A stretch of 64,000 nucleotides of DNA from Gemmatimonadota bacterium (GTDB lineage Bacteria > Gemmatimonadota > Gemmatimonadetes > Gemmatimonadales > GWC2-71-9), in the NCBI GenBank assembly GCA_029862925.1, contig JAOTWJ010000003.1, positions 429-64,428 on the forward strand, in the 5' to 3' direction. Below the pieces are notes generated by a model. That model did no database searches. It was not told where the DNA came from and saw nothing but the letters and a program-made list of their open reading frames with translations. Every line of letters starts with the position of its first letter. The first letter of the stretch is position 1. Positions 19,746-28,905 of the stretch are shown here, in pieces. The position numbers were made by a program, and so were the translations under genes.

Positions 19746-19969
19746 CCCCCAAGTCCCCCCAGAAGTCCGGCCGCCAGCCCGGTGCGCTCGACCGGCGGTC
19801 GCAGCACGCCCTGCGCGAGGCGCTCGACGAGCTCGTCCAGCACGTGCGGGTGATCGCCCGCACGATGCCCACGATGGCCCCGCACGAGATCGACTACGCC
19901 CAACATCGGCTGGAATGGCTGGCCGACGAGGTCTGGCGCATCGCCGTCGGCACGGAGCCGGCCGACTAG
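19742..19969 (+). CDS. Small helical hypothetical protein
   Basis: ATGA overlap; amphipathic ELVQHVR...YAQHRLEWLADEVWR. Confidence 0.65.
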   Translation: MTPKSPQKSGRQPGALDRRSQHALREALDELVQHVRVIARTMPTMAPHEIDYAQHRLEWLADEVWRIAVGTEPAD

Positions 19970-19985
19970 CGCGCCGCGATCCCCG

Positions 19986-21329
19986 TCACTTTCCGACGCA
20001 GAACGACGCAAACACGCGGTCGAGCACGTCCTCGCCCGTCACGACCCCGATCACGTCTTCGAGCGCCGTCACCGCCGCGCGCAGGTACGTCGTGGCCACG
20101 ACCGGCTCCAGGCCGGACGCGCGCGCGGCGGCGAACGCCTCGAGCTCCGCGAGGGCACGCGCCAACGCCACCCGATGTCGCTCGCGCGTGATCACCGGCG
20201 CGAGATCGGCGTGCGTCGCCAACGTGGCAAAGGCCAGTCCGGCGAGCCGCTCGCGAAGCGCGGGAAGGCCGTCGCCGCGCAACGCGGATACGCGCAACTC
20301 CGCGGGGTCGGCGGGGGCGGACGCCTCCAGATCCCCCTTGGTGCGGACCAGCAGCGCCGGTGACTGGAGCGCGTCCAGGAAGAGTCGCTCCTCCCCCACC
20401 AGCGGGCGGCCCGCTTCGACGCACAGCAGCACGACGTCGGCCGCCGCGAGATAGCGCCAGCTCACCTCGATGCCAAGCCGCTCGACCAGGTCGTCGCTGT
20501 CGCGCAAGCCGGCGGTATCGACCAGGCGGAACGGGAATCCGTCGCACGTCGCCGGCGCCTCGATCGCGTCCCGCGTGGTCCCCGGTCGGTCAGTGACGAT
20601 GGCGCGCTCTCGTCCCAGCAGCGCGTTGAACAGGGAGGATTTCCCGGTGTTGGGTCGTCCCGCGATCACGCACAGCGCCCCTTCGCGGAGCCGCTCGCCG
20701 TCCGCCGCAGTCGCCAGCAGGTCGCCCACGGCCGCGCGCACCGTCACGAGTGCGGCGTCGACGCGGGCGGGCGCTACGGGGCCGCTGTCCTCTTCCGGGA
20801 AGTCGAGGTCGTAGCTGAGCAGCGCCTCGAGCGCCAGCACTTCGTCCCGCAGGCCGCCGAGTCGTGCCGACAGTCCCCGATCGAGCTGCTGCAGCGCCGC
20901 GCGACGCTGCGCCGGCGCCGTCGCGTCGACCAGGTCGGCGATCGCCTCGGCCTGGAGCAGATCGAGTTTCCCGTTGGCCAGGGCCCGCCGCGTGAATTCT
21001 CCCGGCGCGGCCGGCCGCGCTCCCGCCGCCAGCAGGGCGCCCAACACCTCGCCCGGGACCAAGAGACCACCGTGGGTGGTGATCTCCACCATGTCCTCGC
21101 CCGTGTACGAGGCCGGCGCGGGAAACACCGCGTACAGCACGTCGTCGAGTGGGTCGTGCGCCTCCCCGGCGACCGCCTGGCTCCGCCGCGCCCGACGCGG
21201 CTGTCCCCCGTCGAACGGGCGCAGCACGCGCGCCGCCACGCCGAACGCGTCGCGGCCAGACACGCGGATCAGCGCGATCGCGGCGCGGCCGGGCGCTGTC
21301 GCGAGCGCGGCAATGGTGTCAGACAGCAT
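19986..21329 (-). CDS. mnmE: tRNA modification GTPase MnmE
   Basis: DTIAALAT, SYTGED, GEFTRRA, GRPNTGKSS, GTTRD, DTAG, C-term FCVGK. Confidence 0.97.
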   Translation of the reverse strand: MLSDTIAALATAPGRAAIALIRVSGRDAFGVAARVLRPFDGGQPRRARRSQAVAGEAHDPLDDVLYAVFPAPASYTGEDMVEITTHGGLLVPGEVLGALLAAGARPAAPGEFTRRALANGKLDLLQAEAIADLVDATAPAQRRAALQQLDRGLSARLGGLRDEVLALEALLSYDLDFPEEDSGPVAPARVDAALVTVRAAVGDLLATAADGERLREGALCVIAGRPNTGKSSLFNALLGRERAIVTDRPGTTRDAIEAPATCDGFPFRLVDTAGLRDSDDLVERLGIEVSWRYLAAADVVLLCVEAGRPLVGEERLFLDALQSPALLVRTKGDLEASAPADPAELRVSALRGDGLPALRERLAGLAFATLATHADLAPVITRERHRVALARALAELEAFAAARASGLEPVVATTYLRAAVTALEDVIGVVTGEDVLDRVFASFCVGK

Positions 21330-21359
21330 GGGCGCAGGCGGCGGCACGCGGCCGCCGAA

Positions 21360-23072
21360 CTAACCCTTGGGCGGTTTGGGCGGTTTCCGGTCGCCGAGCT
21401 TCTTCCGCCGCTCTTTGGAGATGAGCCACTGCTGGGGCAGGCTCGCGATGTTGCTCACCGCGTAGTACAGGTTGAGGCCCGAGGAAAAGTTCAGGAACAG
21501 GAACGTGAACATCGGGGGCATCACATACATCATCATCTTCGCCTGCGGATTCGCCGGCAGTCCGCGCTGGCCGATCCAGGTCAGAGCGAACATCGACGCG
21601 CCCATCAGCAGCGGGATGACGTAGATCGGATCCGGACGGGACAGGTCGGGCAGCCACAGAAAGGGCACGCCCCGGAACTCGATCGTGTTGGCGAACACGA
21701 AGAACAGGGCGAAGAGTACCGGCATCGGCAGCAGCATCGGGAGGCACCCGCCCAGCGGGTTCACCCCGTGTTCCTTGTAGACCGCCATGATCTCCTGCTG
21801 CATCCGCTGCGCGTCCTTCGGGTCCTTACGGCCCTGATACCGGTCCTGAATCGCCTTCACCTCCGGCTGCACGACCTGCATGGCGGTCGAGGAGCGCATC
21901 GCCTTCTGGTTGAGGGGCCAGAGAAGCCCGCGGACCAGCAGGCCGAACAGGATCAGGACCCAGCCATACCCGAGGCTCAGTGTTTCGTGCATCCACAGCA
22001 GGATCAGCACGATGAAGTTGGCGAACGGCCGGATAATCGGGCGGAAGATCCAGCCGTAGGGATTCACGTCTTCGAGATCGTGGCCGAGCTCCTTGAGCCG
22101 GCGGTATTCCTGCGGTCCGACATACACGCTGTGGCGGAACCGCCCATCCGCGGCGGGCAGGGTCGCCGTGACGTCCACGTGCGTCTCGTATTTCCCGGGC
22201 TTCGGGCCACCGGTGGCGCGGGCGCCACCGAGACGCGGACCGTCGGCTTCGAGCGCCAGGACAGCCGCGACGAAGTACTTCGACTTGATCGCGACCCACT
22301 CGAACGGGCCGGCGAATTCGCGCACCTCGCCGGGGTCGATTGACCGGAAGTCGACCCGCTCCGTCCGGCGGGCCTTGGTCACGATTCCGTAGGACCGGAT
22401 ATCGGCCACCGTGTCGCCGTCGATGCTGCGTAGCCGCGGGCCGAGGCCGATGGTGACGAACCCTTCCGGCCGCCCGGCGATCTCACCCTCGACCTCGAAC
22501 CGATAGGTCTCCGGGCGAAAGCGGTACGTGAGCCGGGCCTCGCGTCCGTTCCACTGGCCGACCCAACGCAACTCGGCTCCGCCGGCCCCCACGGTGACGC
22601 GCTCCCGGTCGGGGGTGAAGGGCCAGTCGGCCAGGTGCAGCGTGTCGCCGGCAGCGACGAACGCGTAGGCGAGGAATCGCGTGTCGGGCGGGAGCAGCTG
22701 CGCAGGCCCGCTGTCACTCGGGGAAATCGCGCGATACGGCCGGAGCGTCGTCCCCACCAGCCGCGCCCCGCGGGTGGAGAACTCCAGGCGATACAACTCG
22801 CTTTCCACCAGCACCCTGCGCTCGGGCGTGCTGTCCGGCGGCGGCTGCGTGCCCGGCTGCCGCACCGGCTGCTCCTGCGGCGTGACCGGCACCAGGGCCG
22901 GTGGCATCGCGGGTGCACGCTGCTCCACCGGCACAGGCCCCGTGGCCGATTCCGGCACCGCCGTCGCGCTGTCGGCCGGCGCAACGACCGGCCGCTCGGG
23001 CGGCCACAGCACCGAGGGCAGGATGGCCACGAGCAGCATCAGGCCGATGGCGAACAGCAGGCGGCGGTCCAT
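21360..23072 (-). CDS. yidC: Membrane protein insertase YidC
   Basis: N-terminal TM, periplasmic domain, YVGP, GVNPLGGCLPMLL, WLPDLS..DP, SGLNLYY. Confidence 0.96.
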   Translation of the reverse strand: MDRRLLFAIGLMLLVAILPSVLWPPERPVVAPADSATAVPESATGPVPVEQRAPAMPPALVPVTPQEQPVRQPGTQPPPDSTPERRVLVESELYRLEFSTRGARLVGTTLRPYRAISPSDSGPAQLLPPDTRFLAYAFVAAGDTLHLADWPFTPDRERVTVGAGGAELRWVGQWNGREARLTYRFRPETYRFEVEGEIAGRPEGFVTIGLGPRLRSIDGDTVADIRSYGIVTKARRTERVDFRSIDPGEVREFAGPFEWVAIKSKYFVAAVLALEADGPRLGGARATGGPKPGKYETHVDVTATLPAADGRFRHSVYVGPQEYRRLKELGHDLEDVNPYGWIFRPIIRPFANFIVLILLWMHETLSLGYGWVLILFGLLVRGLLWPLNQKAMRSSTAMQVVQPEVKAIQDRYQGRKDPKDAQRMQQEIMAVYKEHGVNPLGGCLPMLLPMPVLFALFFVFANTIEFRGVPFLWLPDLSRPDPIYVIPLLMGASMFALTWIGQRGLPANPQAKMMMYVMPPMFTFLFLNFSSGLNLYYAVSNIASLPQQWLISKERRKKLGDRKPPKPPKG

Positions 23073-23078
23073 GAAACG

Positions 23079-23318
23079 CTAGGGAACGGGGTCGAGGCCG
23101 CCGCCGCCGAACGGGTGGCAGCGTAGCACACGCCGCACCCCCAGCCACGTCCCGCGGGCAGCGCCGTAGCGGCGCACCGCGTCGAGGGCGTACGACGAGC
23201 ACGTGGGGGTAAAGCGACAGGGCGACGGGAACGGGGACGCGGCCACCTGGTAGACGCGGATCAGCCCCGCGACCAGTCGGCGCGGCCACAACGTCAGCGG
23301 AACAAGCGCGCGTGCCAT
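23079..23318 (-). CDS. yidD: Membrane protein insertion efficiency factor YidD
   Basis: [33 protein letters not shown]. Confidence 0.93.
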   Translation of the reverse strand: MARALVPLTLWPRRLVAGLIRVYQVAASPFPSPCRFTPTCSSYALDAVRRYGAARGTWLGVRRVLRCHPFGGGGLDPVP

Positions 23319-23638
23319 GTGTCGAGATCGGCGGTCAGCTCGGTCGGCGAGGCGGCGTAGGCCGCGAAGCGCGCGCGAACGACGAGGTCGAGGGACGGGA
23401 GCGTCGGCAGGAGGCGGCGCCGCAGGTGTTCCCGAAGGCGACGGCGCAAGCGGTTGCGGGCGACGGCTGTCTGGCCGTGGCGCGGCGCGATCACCCCCAG
23501 CCGGGGATGCCCAAGGTCGTTGGGCCGCCAGTAGATGTCGAGCCGTCCCGTACGGCGGCGGGCTCCTCCGGCCATCACCGCCTCGAACTCCGATGCGCGT
23601 GCGAGACGCCAAGGCCGGGGCAGGCCTTCGGACGTCAG
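23294..23638 (-). CDS. rnpA: Ribonuclease P protein component (probable CTG start)
   Basis: [19 protein letters not shown] motif; N-term [13 protein letters not shown] lies upstream of first ATG/GTG; canonical position after rpmH. Confidence 0.9.
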   Translation of the reverse strand: MTSEGLPRPWRLARASEFEAVMAGGARRRTGRLDIYWRPNDLGHPRLGVIAPRHGQTAVARNRLRRRLREHLRRRLLPTLPSLDLVVRARFAAYAASPTELTADLDTWHARLFR

Positions 23639-23796
23639 GCCGCTCCGTGCTTCGAGGGCAGGCGAACAGTGAGCCGCTTGCGGCCTTTCTTGCGCCGCCG
23701 GCTCAGCACCTCACGTCCCCACCGCGTCTTCATGCGCGCGCGGAAGCCGTGCTTGCGGATACGCCGCGTATTCCGCGGCCGGTACGTCGGTTGCAT
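23635..23796 (-). CDS. rpmH: 50S ribosomal protein L34 (53 aa, not in ORF track)
   Basis: [42 protein letters not shown]. Confidence 0.97.
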   Translation of the reverse strand: MQPTYRPRNTRRIRKHGFRARMKTRWGREVLSRRRKKGRKRLTVRLPSKHGAA

Positions 23797-23857
23797 TAGA
23801 TGTCCTCATGTTGAGCCAAGTAACCTATGCGTGCCAGGGATGAGGGTCAAGGTTGAC

Positions 23858-23866
23858 TTTTCCACA
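23858..23866 (+). promoter_or_regulatory. DnaA box in rpmH-dnaA intergenic region
   Basis: TTTTCCACA, one mismatch to TTATCCACA. Confidence 0.7.
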
Positions 23867-23925
23867 TGCGCCGCGTTAACATCGGTCGCCCTTGTTGCAC
23901 CACCCACCCTGTGTAGCACACGCGA

Positions 23926-25305
23926 ATGGACTTGTCCGCCAAAGAGGCGTGGACGCGCCTGCTTTCCGAGGCTCGGCGCGAGTTGCCCGACGCCACCATC
24001 AAGACCTGGTTGGAGCCCGCGCGGCCGATGTCCCTCGGCGAGGGACGCCTCACGCTCGCGGCGCCCGATCAGTTCGCGGTCGAGTGGAACGTCTCCAAAC
24101 ACGGGCCGTTGCTCACGCGGCTCGCGGCACAGCTGTTCGGGGAACCCCTGGACGTCGTGTTCGAGGTTCAGGAAGAGCGTGCCGCCCGGCCGCAGATGGA
24201 CTTCTTCGTGCCCACGGCAGGCACCGATGAGCCACGAACCGCCGCGCGCCGGGCTACGCCGCTCAATGAGCGCTACATCTTCGACACGTTCGTCATCGGC
24301 AAGTCCAACGAGCTCGCCGCGGCGGCCGCGTATGCCGTCGCGGAAGCCCCGGGGAAGACCTACAACCCGCTCTTCATCTACGGCGCTACGGGGCTCGGGA
24401 AGACGCACCTCATGCAGGCCATCGCCCATGCGGTGATCAAGCGGGCCTCGGGCACGCGGGTCGCCTACATGGGAGCCGAGCAGTTCATCAACGAGGTGAT
24501 CGAAGGCATCCACGGCCGGACGATGCCCGATTTCCGGCGCCATTATCGAAACGAAGTGGACATCTTCCTCGTGGACGACGTGCACTTCCTCGAAGGTAAG
24601 GAAATGACGCAGGAAGAGTTCTTCCACACGTTCAACGCGCTGCACGAAGCCGGCAAGCAGATCGTGCTCACGTCCGACCGTCCTCCCAAGGAGATCCCGG
24701 GCCTCGAGTCCAGGCTCGTGAGCCGCTTCGAGTGGGGCATGGTGGCGGATATCGGACAGCCCGACTTGGAGCACCGCATCGCCATCTTGCGAAAGAAGGC
24801 GGAGCAGGACCACCTCGAGCTCACCATCCCCGACGATGTACTACGGTTCATCGCCGAGCATGTGCGCAGCTCGGTGCGCGAGCTCGAAGGCTGCATCATC
24901 AAGTTGCTGCTGTTCGCCTCCCTCAAACACCGGGAAATCTCCATCGAGTTGGCCCGGGAGGCCCTGTCAGACAAGATCCGCCAGGAGGACGGCGTCGCGG
25001 ACGGGGGGCGGGGCGTCCCGAGCGTGGCGCGGGTGCAGGAGGTCGTGGCACGGCGCTGGGGAGTCACCCCGGAGGGCCTCCGGTCGAAGGCCCGGACCAG
25101 GACCCTGACGGTGCCGCGTCAGGTCGCCATGTTCCTGGCACGGGACCTGTTAGGCATGCAGCTTGTCGAGATCGGCCAGGCCTTTGGCGGACGGGATCAC
25201 TCGACCGTGATTCACAGCCTTGGGAAGGTCGAGCGGGACATGGAGCGGGACCGGCAGTTTCGTGAGCGGGTCGAAATGGCACGGCGCGAGTTATCCGCGC
25301 CATAG
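23926..25305 (+). CDS. dnaA: Chromosomal replication initiator DnaA
   Basis: YNPLFIYGATGLGKTHL, LVDDV, QEEFFHTFN, SRFEWG, RELEG, FGGRDHSTV. Confidence 0.99.
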   Translation: MDLSAKEAWTRLLSEARRELPDATIKTWLEPARPMSLGEGRLTLAAPDQFAVEWNVSKHGPLLTRLAAQLFGEPLDVVFEVQEERAARPQMDFFVPTAGTDEPRTAARRATPLNERYIFDTFVIGKSNELAAAAAYAVAEAPGKTYNPLFIYGATGLGKTHLMQAIAHAVIKRASGTRVAYMGAEQFINEVIEGIHGRTMPDFRRHYRNEVDIFLVDDVHFLEGKEMTQEEFFHTFNALHEAGKQIVLTSDRPPKEIPGLESRLVSRFEWGMVADIGQPDLEHRIAILRKKAEQDHLELTIPDDVLRFIAEHVRSSVRELEGCIIKLLLFASLKHREISIELAREALSDKIRQEDGVADGGRGVPSVARVQEVVARRWGVTPEGLRSKARTRTLTVPRQVAMFLARDLLGMQLVEIGQAFGGRDHSTVIHSLGKVERDMERDRQFRERVEMARRELSAP

Positions 25306-25540
25306 CCTCGAAGTACCCACACCGACCTGCGGGGGACCTGTGGGAACGTGGGGAGTGGGAGCGGAGCACACAAACGCTCCACAAGGCATCCACGGGATTG
25401 CACAGGTGGGGCGGCGGCGGGTAGGTGGTGCCACAACGAGTTAGCGGGTCTCTCAAGGTTTCCAGAGACCCTACTACGACTACTAGAGTTCTATACTTAG
25501 GCTAGCAGTATTATAGATATCCACCTCGAGCAAGGACACC
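25306..25540. other. Replication origin oriC (degenerate DnaA boxes, IHF-like site, DnaA-trios, AT-rich element)
   Basis: dnaA-dnaN intergenic; GTACCCACA, TGTGGGAAC, CGCTCCACA, GCATCCACG, GATTGCACA; CAACGAGTTA; CTACTACGACTACTA at 25471-25485 followed by AT-rich tract. Confidence 0.85.
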
Positions 25541-26650
25541 ATGAAGTTCACGATCACGAGGGAGAAGCTCCAGGAAGGCCTGGTGGCGGTGGCCGCGAGC
25601 GTCCCGACCAAGACGACGCTGCCGGTTCTCTCGAATATCCTGGTCGAAGCGGTGCCGGATGGCATTCGGCTCTCCGGTACGGACTTGGATATTGCGGTGA
25701 GTACGCTCGTCCCGGCCGAGGTGGATGCCGAAGGAGCGGTCACGCTGCCGGCTAAGAAGCTGGTGGAGATCGTGCGTGAGCTCCCGAGTGCCGCGGTCCG
25801 GCTGACCGCTGCCAGCGAGCAACGGGTAAGCCTCGAGTGCGGCCGCTCGCGGTTCAAGCTGCTGGGCATTCCGCGGGATGAATTCCCGAGTTTTCCGCCG
25901 GTCCGCTTCGAGAATGCTTGGACGGCCGCATCCGGAGACCTGCAGAAGCTCATTGGCCATGTTGCCTTCGCGGCCTCCACCGAGGAAAGCCGCCCGATCC
26001 TGAACGGGGTGCTGTGGGAGCTCCGGAAGGATCAGATGCGGATGGTTGCCACCAACGGGCACCGCCTGGCGCGGATGGACGTTCCGGCCTCGGGTGGCCG
26101 ACAGGCAGCCGACTTCATCGTTCCCCCAAAGGCGCTGGAGCAGATCCGACGGCTGTTCGGCGCCGCCGACGAGATTCAGATCGCGAAAAGCGAGAATCAT
26201 CTGGGCTTCCGCAGCGGCCAGACCTACGTCTACACGCGACTGATCGAGGGCCCCTACCCCAATTACGAGCAGGTCATTCCGCGCGACAACGATCGGGTGG
26301 CCGTTGTGGACAAGCAGGCCTTGGCAGCCACGCTGCGGCGGGTCGGGGTAGTGGCCAGCGACCAGACGCACCGGGTGCGGCTGGCATTCAGTGGTGGAAC
26401 ACTCAAGTTCACGGTGAGCACGCCCGATCTCGGCGAGGCGAACGACGAGATGGCGGCCAGTTACGACGGCGAGCCGCTTGAAATCGGCTTCAATGCAAAC
26501 TACCTGCTCGAGATCCTCAAGTTCATGCCGACCGACGACGTGCGGATCACGATGAAAGCGCCGGAGCGCGCCGCGACTTTGGAGCCGTCGGGCTGGGACG
26601 ACCCGGCCTCGTATCTCTGCTTGGTGATGCCCCTGCGTCTCGTGGACTGA
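25541..26650 (+). CDS. dnaN: DNA polymerase III beta clamp
   Basis: LPVLSNIL, GTDLD, SRPILNG, ATNGHRL, RLIEGPYPNY, IGFNANYL, LVMPLRL. Confidence 0.98.
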   Translation: MKFTITREKLQEGLVAVAASVPTKTTLPVLSNILVEAVPDGIRLSGTDLDIAVSTLVPAEVDAEGAVTLPAKKLVEIVRELPSAAVRLTAASEQRVSLECGRSRFKLLGIPRDEFPSFPPVRFENAWTAASGDLQKLIGHVAFAASTEESRPILNGVLWELRKDQMRMVATNGHRLARMDVPASGGRQAADFIVPPKALEQIRRLFGAADEIQIAKSENHLGFRSGQTYVYTRLIEGPYPNYEQVIPRDNDRVAVVDKQALAATLRRVGVVASDQTHRVRLAFSGGTLKFTVSTPDLGEANDEMAASYDGEPLEIGFNANYLLEILKFMPTDDVRITMKAPERAATLEPSGWDDPASYLCLVMPLRLVD

Positions 26651-26659
26651 TCCGCGATC

Positions 26660-27484
26660 TCAGCGAAAGTCGTGGCTGGCCACGCCGGTGACACTCAGCG
26701 TTTCGAGGCGGGTGTCGCCGGCGCGTTTGGCGCCGCTCCCGACGAGGATGCCGCGGTACGGGCCGCCGATCGAGATGGCGGCGACGAGCCGGTCAATGTG
26801 GAAGGCGTCGTCAAGGTCCACGAGCGCCCGCAGCCCGAGCGCCAGCCGCCCGCGGGTCTCCAGCGACACTCCCGCGCGGTAGGCGAACAGCCAGCCCTGG
26901 GTGCCGGCGCCGTCGGCGCCGCGGGCCGCGACTTCCAGGGTGAGCGGCGCCACCGGCCGCCAGCCAATGCCGGCCGTGCCGGCGAACCGGAGTGCCGAGT
27001 CGCGGACCGTAGGCTGGCCGATATGCTCCACACCCAGCGCGACGTCGAGACCGCGGGTCACCAGGTACCGGATGCCGACGTCGACGTCCTGTTTCCGCTC
27101 CGTGCCGCTGTAGATGCTGGCTGCCGCGCCGATCGACACGCGCCCGAGGGCGCGGCCAAACCCGAACCGCCACGTGTTGCCCGCGCCGTCGTTGGGGAAC
27201 CGGTCGCGCCGGAAGCCAAAGGCGACGCCGCGGCTGTTGAAGCCAAAGGTGTACTGCGCGAGCGGATAGTCCCCGGCCCCGTTGCGCTCCACCATGGCCT
27301 CGATCATGACCGACGCTTCGAAGACCGTACCCAGAGCCGCCGGGTTCACCCAGATGGCCCGCGCGCCGGAGGCGGTCGTGGCGAACAGGTAGTCCGCCGA
27401 TCGGGGTGTGCGGTATTGGGCATGCACGGGCGCGCCCAGGCCGAGGAGCAGCAGGCCCAGGGCGAACGGAAGGGCCCGCCTCAC
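26660..27484 (-). CDS. Putative outer-membrane beta-barrel protein
   Basis: Signal peptide VHA|Q; WVNPAAL motif; alternating beta strands; near-terminal Phe. Confidence 0.65.
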   Translation of the reverse strand: MRRALPFALGLLLLGLGAPVHAQYRTPRSADYLFATTASGARAIWVNPAALGTVFEASVMIEAMVERNGAGDYPLAQYTFGFNSRGVAFGFRRDRFPNDGAGNTWRFGFGRALGRVSIGAAASIYSGTERKQDVDVGIRYLVTRGLDVALGVEHIGQPTVRDSALRFAGTAGIGWRPVAPLTLEVAARGADGAGTQGWLFAYRAGVSLETRGRLALGLRALVDLDDAFHIDRLVAAISIGGPYRGILVGSGAKRAGDTRLETLSVTGVASHDFR

Positions 27485-28293
27485 AGGACCGCCCGCACGG
27501 TGTCGGTCGTTTGCTGCATGACGGGAATGATGAGACCGACGCCCGGCAGGTCCACGTCAATCCGTGTGGAATCCCCGCGAATCAGGCGGAGCAGCCGCCC
27601 GCCCGCACCGAGCCAGTGCTGCGCGTGGCCCTGCCCCTCGCCGGAGAGCGTGAACGGCTGACCGGCCTGTTCGCCACGTCCCGTGACGGTGAATCGGGCG
27701 GCCGTATTGAATTCGAGACCCTGCCCCCCATCAATGGCGGACCAGTCCGCCGTGCTTCGCGTGTTGACCGACTGGATGGAGAGGGTCATGTCCTGCAGGG
27801 CGCCCGAGCTGCGCGTGGTATCCGTCCACGTGGCGGCCGATCGGGCCCCGCCAGGGGGCAACAGGGGCAGCAGGTCCACGAGGTCGAACGCCAGCTGATC
27901 GATGAGCGGGTTGGCGACGGACGGTCGGACCACGTGCTCGAGCCGGCCGTCGGGGTACAGGTCCGCTTCGAAGCGCCGGCCGCGCGCGCCTTCCGCACTG
28001 CCGGGTGCGAGCCCCGAGCCGCGCACGCGTGCCGAGTCCACCACGAGTTCCAGTCGGAGCCCCGGGTCGCCGACGGACGTCGTGACCGAGAGCCACAGGT
28101 GGCTCGTCAAGTCGGTCACGAGCGGCTGACCCTGAAACACCTGCTCGACGTGGCGGTGCCGAACGAAGACGTATCGTCCGGTCCAGGGGCCATACGTGAG
28201 CACCGCCGGGCGTGGGGGCAGGGGCGTGACGCCGGGCTGCGTGCCGGCACAGGCGGTGAGCAGGAGGAGCACGGATGGGGTTCGTGGGCGCAT
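27481..28293 (-). CDS. Hypothetical lipoprotein
   Basis: MRPRTPSVLLLLTAC lipobox; beta-rich; GTGA overlap with next gene. Confidence 0.65.
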   Translation of the reverse strand: MRPRTPSVLLLLTACAGTQPGVTPLPPRPAVLTYGPWTGRYVFVRHRHVEQVFQGQPLVTDLTSHLWLSVTTSVGDPGLRLELVVDSARVRGSGLAPGSAEGARGRRFEADLYPDGRLEHVVRPSVANPLIDQLAFDLVDLLPLLPPGGARSAATWTDTTRSSGALQDMTLSIQSVNTRSTADWSAIDGGQGLEFNTAARFTVTGRGEQAGQPFTLSGEGQGHAQHWLGAGGRLLRLIRGDSTRIDVDLPGVGLIIPVMQQTTDTVRAVL

Positions 28294-28370
28294 GGCGGTC
28301 CGGGGCGGCGGAAGGAAACGCCGCGACGAGGGAGCTTGGCGATCGCCGAGCAAGATGCGATACGGAGGGT

Positions 28371-28737
28371 GACCGGCGGGGCCGTAAGCCGAGTTCTGTT
28401 CGCCCCGAAGGGCGCAACGGTCATCTCTCTGGGATGCCGGTCGCCCGGCACCTCTAGCGGCCTACCCGCGGCTCAGGCGGTCCGGGTCGGACCATCGCCG
28501 CCTATTTGGCCTTGCTCCGGCTGGGGGTTGCCGTGCCACGCGCTGTTACCAGGCGTGCGGTGGGCTCTTACCCCACCGTTTCACCCTTACCCGCACGAGG
28601 CGGGCGGTTTGTTTTCTGTGGCCCTGTCCGTCGCCTTACGGCGCCCAGGCGTTACCTGGCAGCCAACCCTGTGGAGCTCGGACTTTCCTCAACCGATTCC
28701 CGTGGGAAACGGCTGCGACCGTGACACCCCGCCGGTC
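28371..28737 (-). ncRNA. rnpB: RNase P RNA (type A)
   Basis: GAGGAAAGTCCGAGCTC, GGGTGAAACGGTGGGGTAAGAGCCCACC, GAGCAAGGCCAAATAG, AACAGAACTCGGCTTAC; P1 GACCGGCGGGG/CCCCGCCGGTC. Confidence 0.97.
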
Positions 28738-28905
28738 TCCTCCACCGGGAAGATAGCCGGTGCCGAGGGTCGTGCCTAGCGCTCGCACGCAAATGTGCCG
28801 CCCAGCGATGGCGGCACCCGGCATTCAGCCGCACGGACAGGGGGTTGACGGCAGGTTGAGCCACGGGTGGCAGCCTGCGCGCAGGATGCCACAGGAGTTG
28901 TGCGT

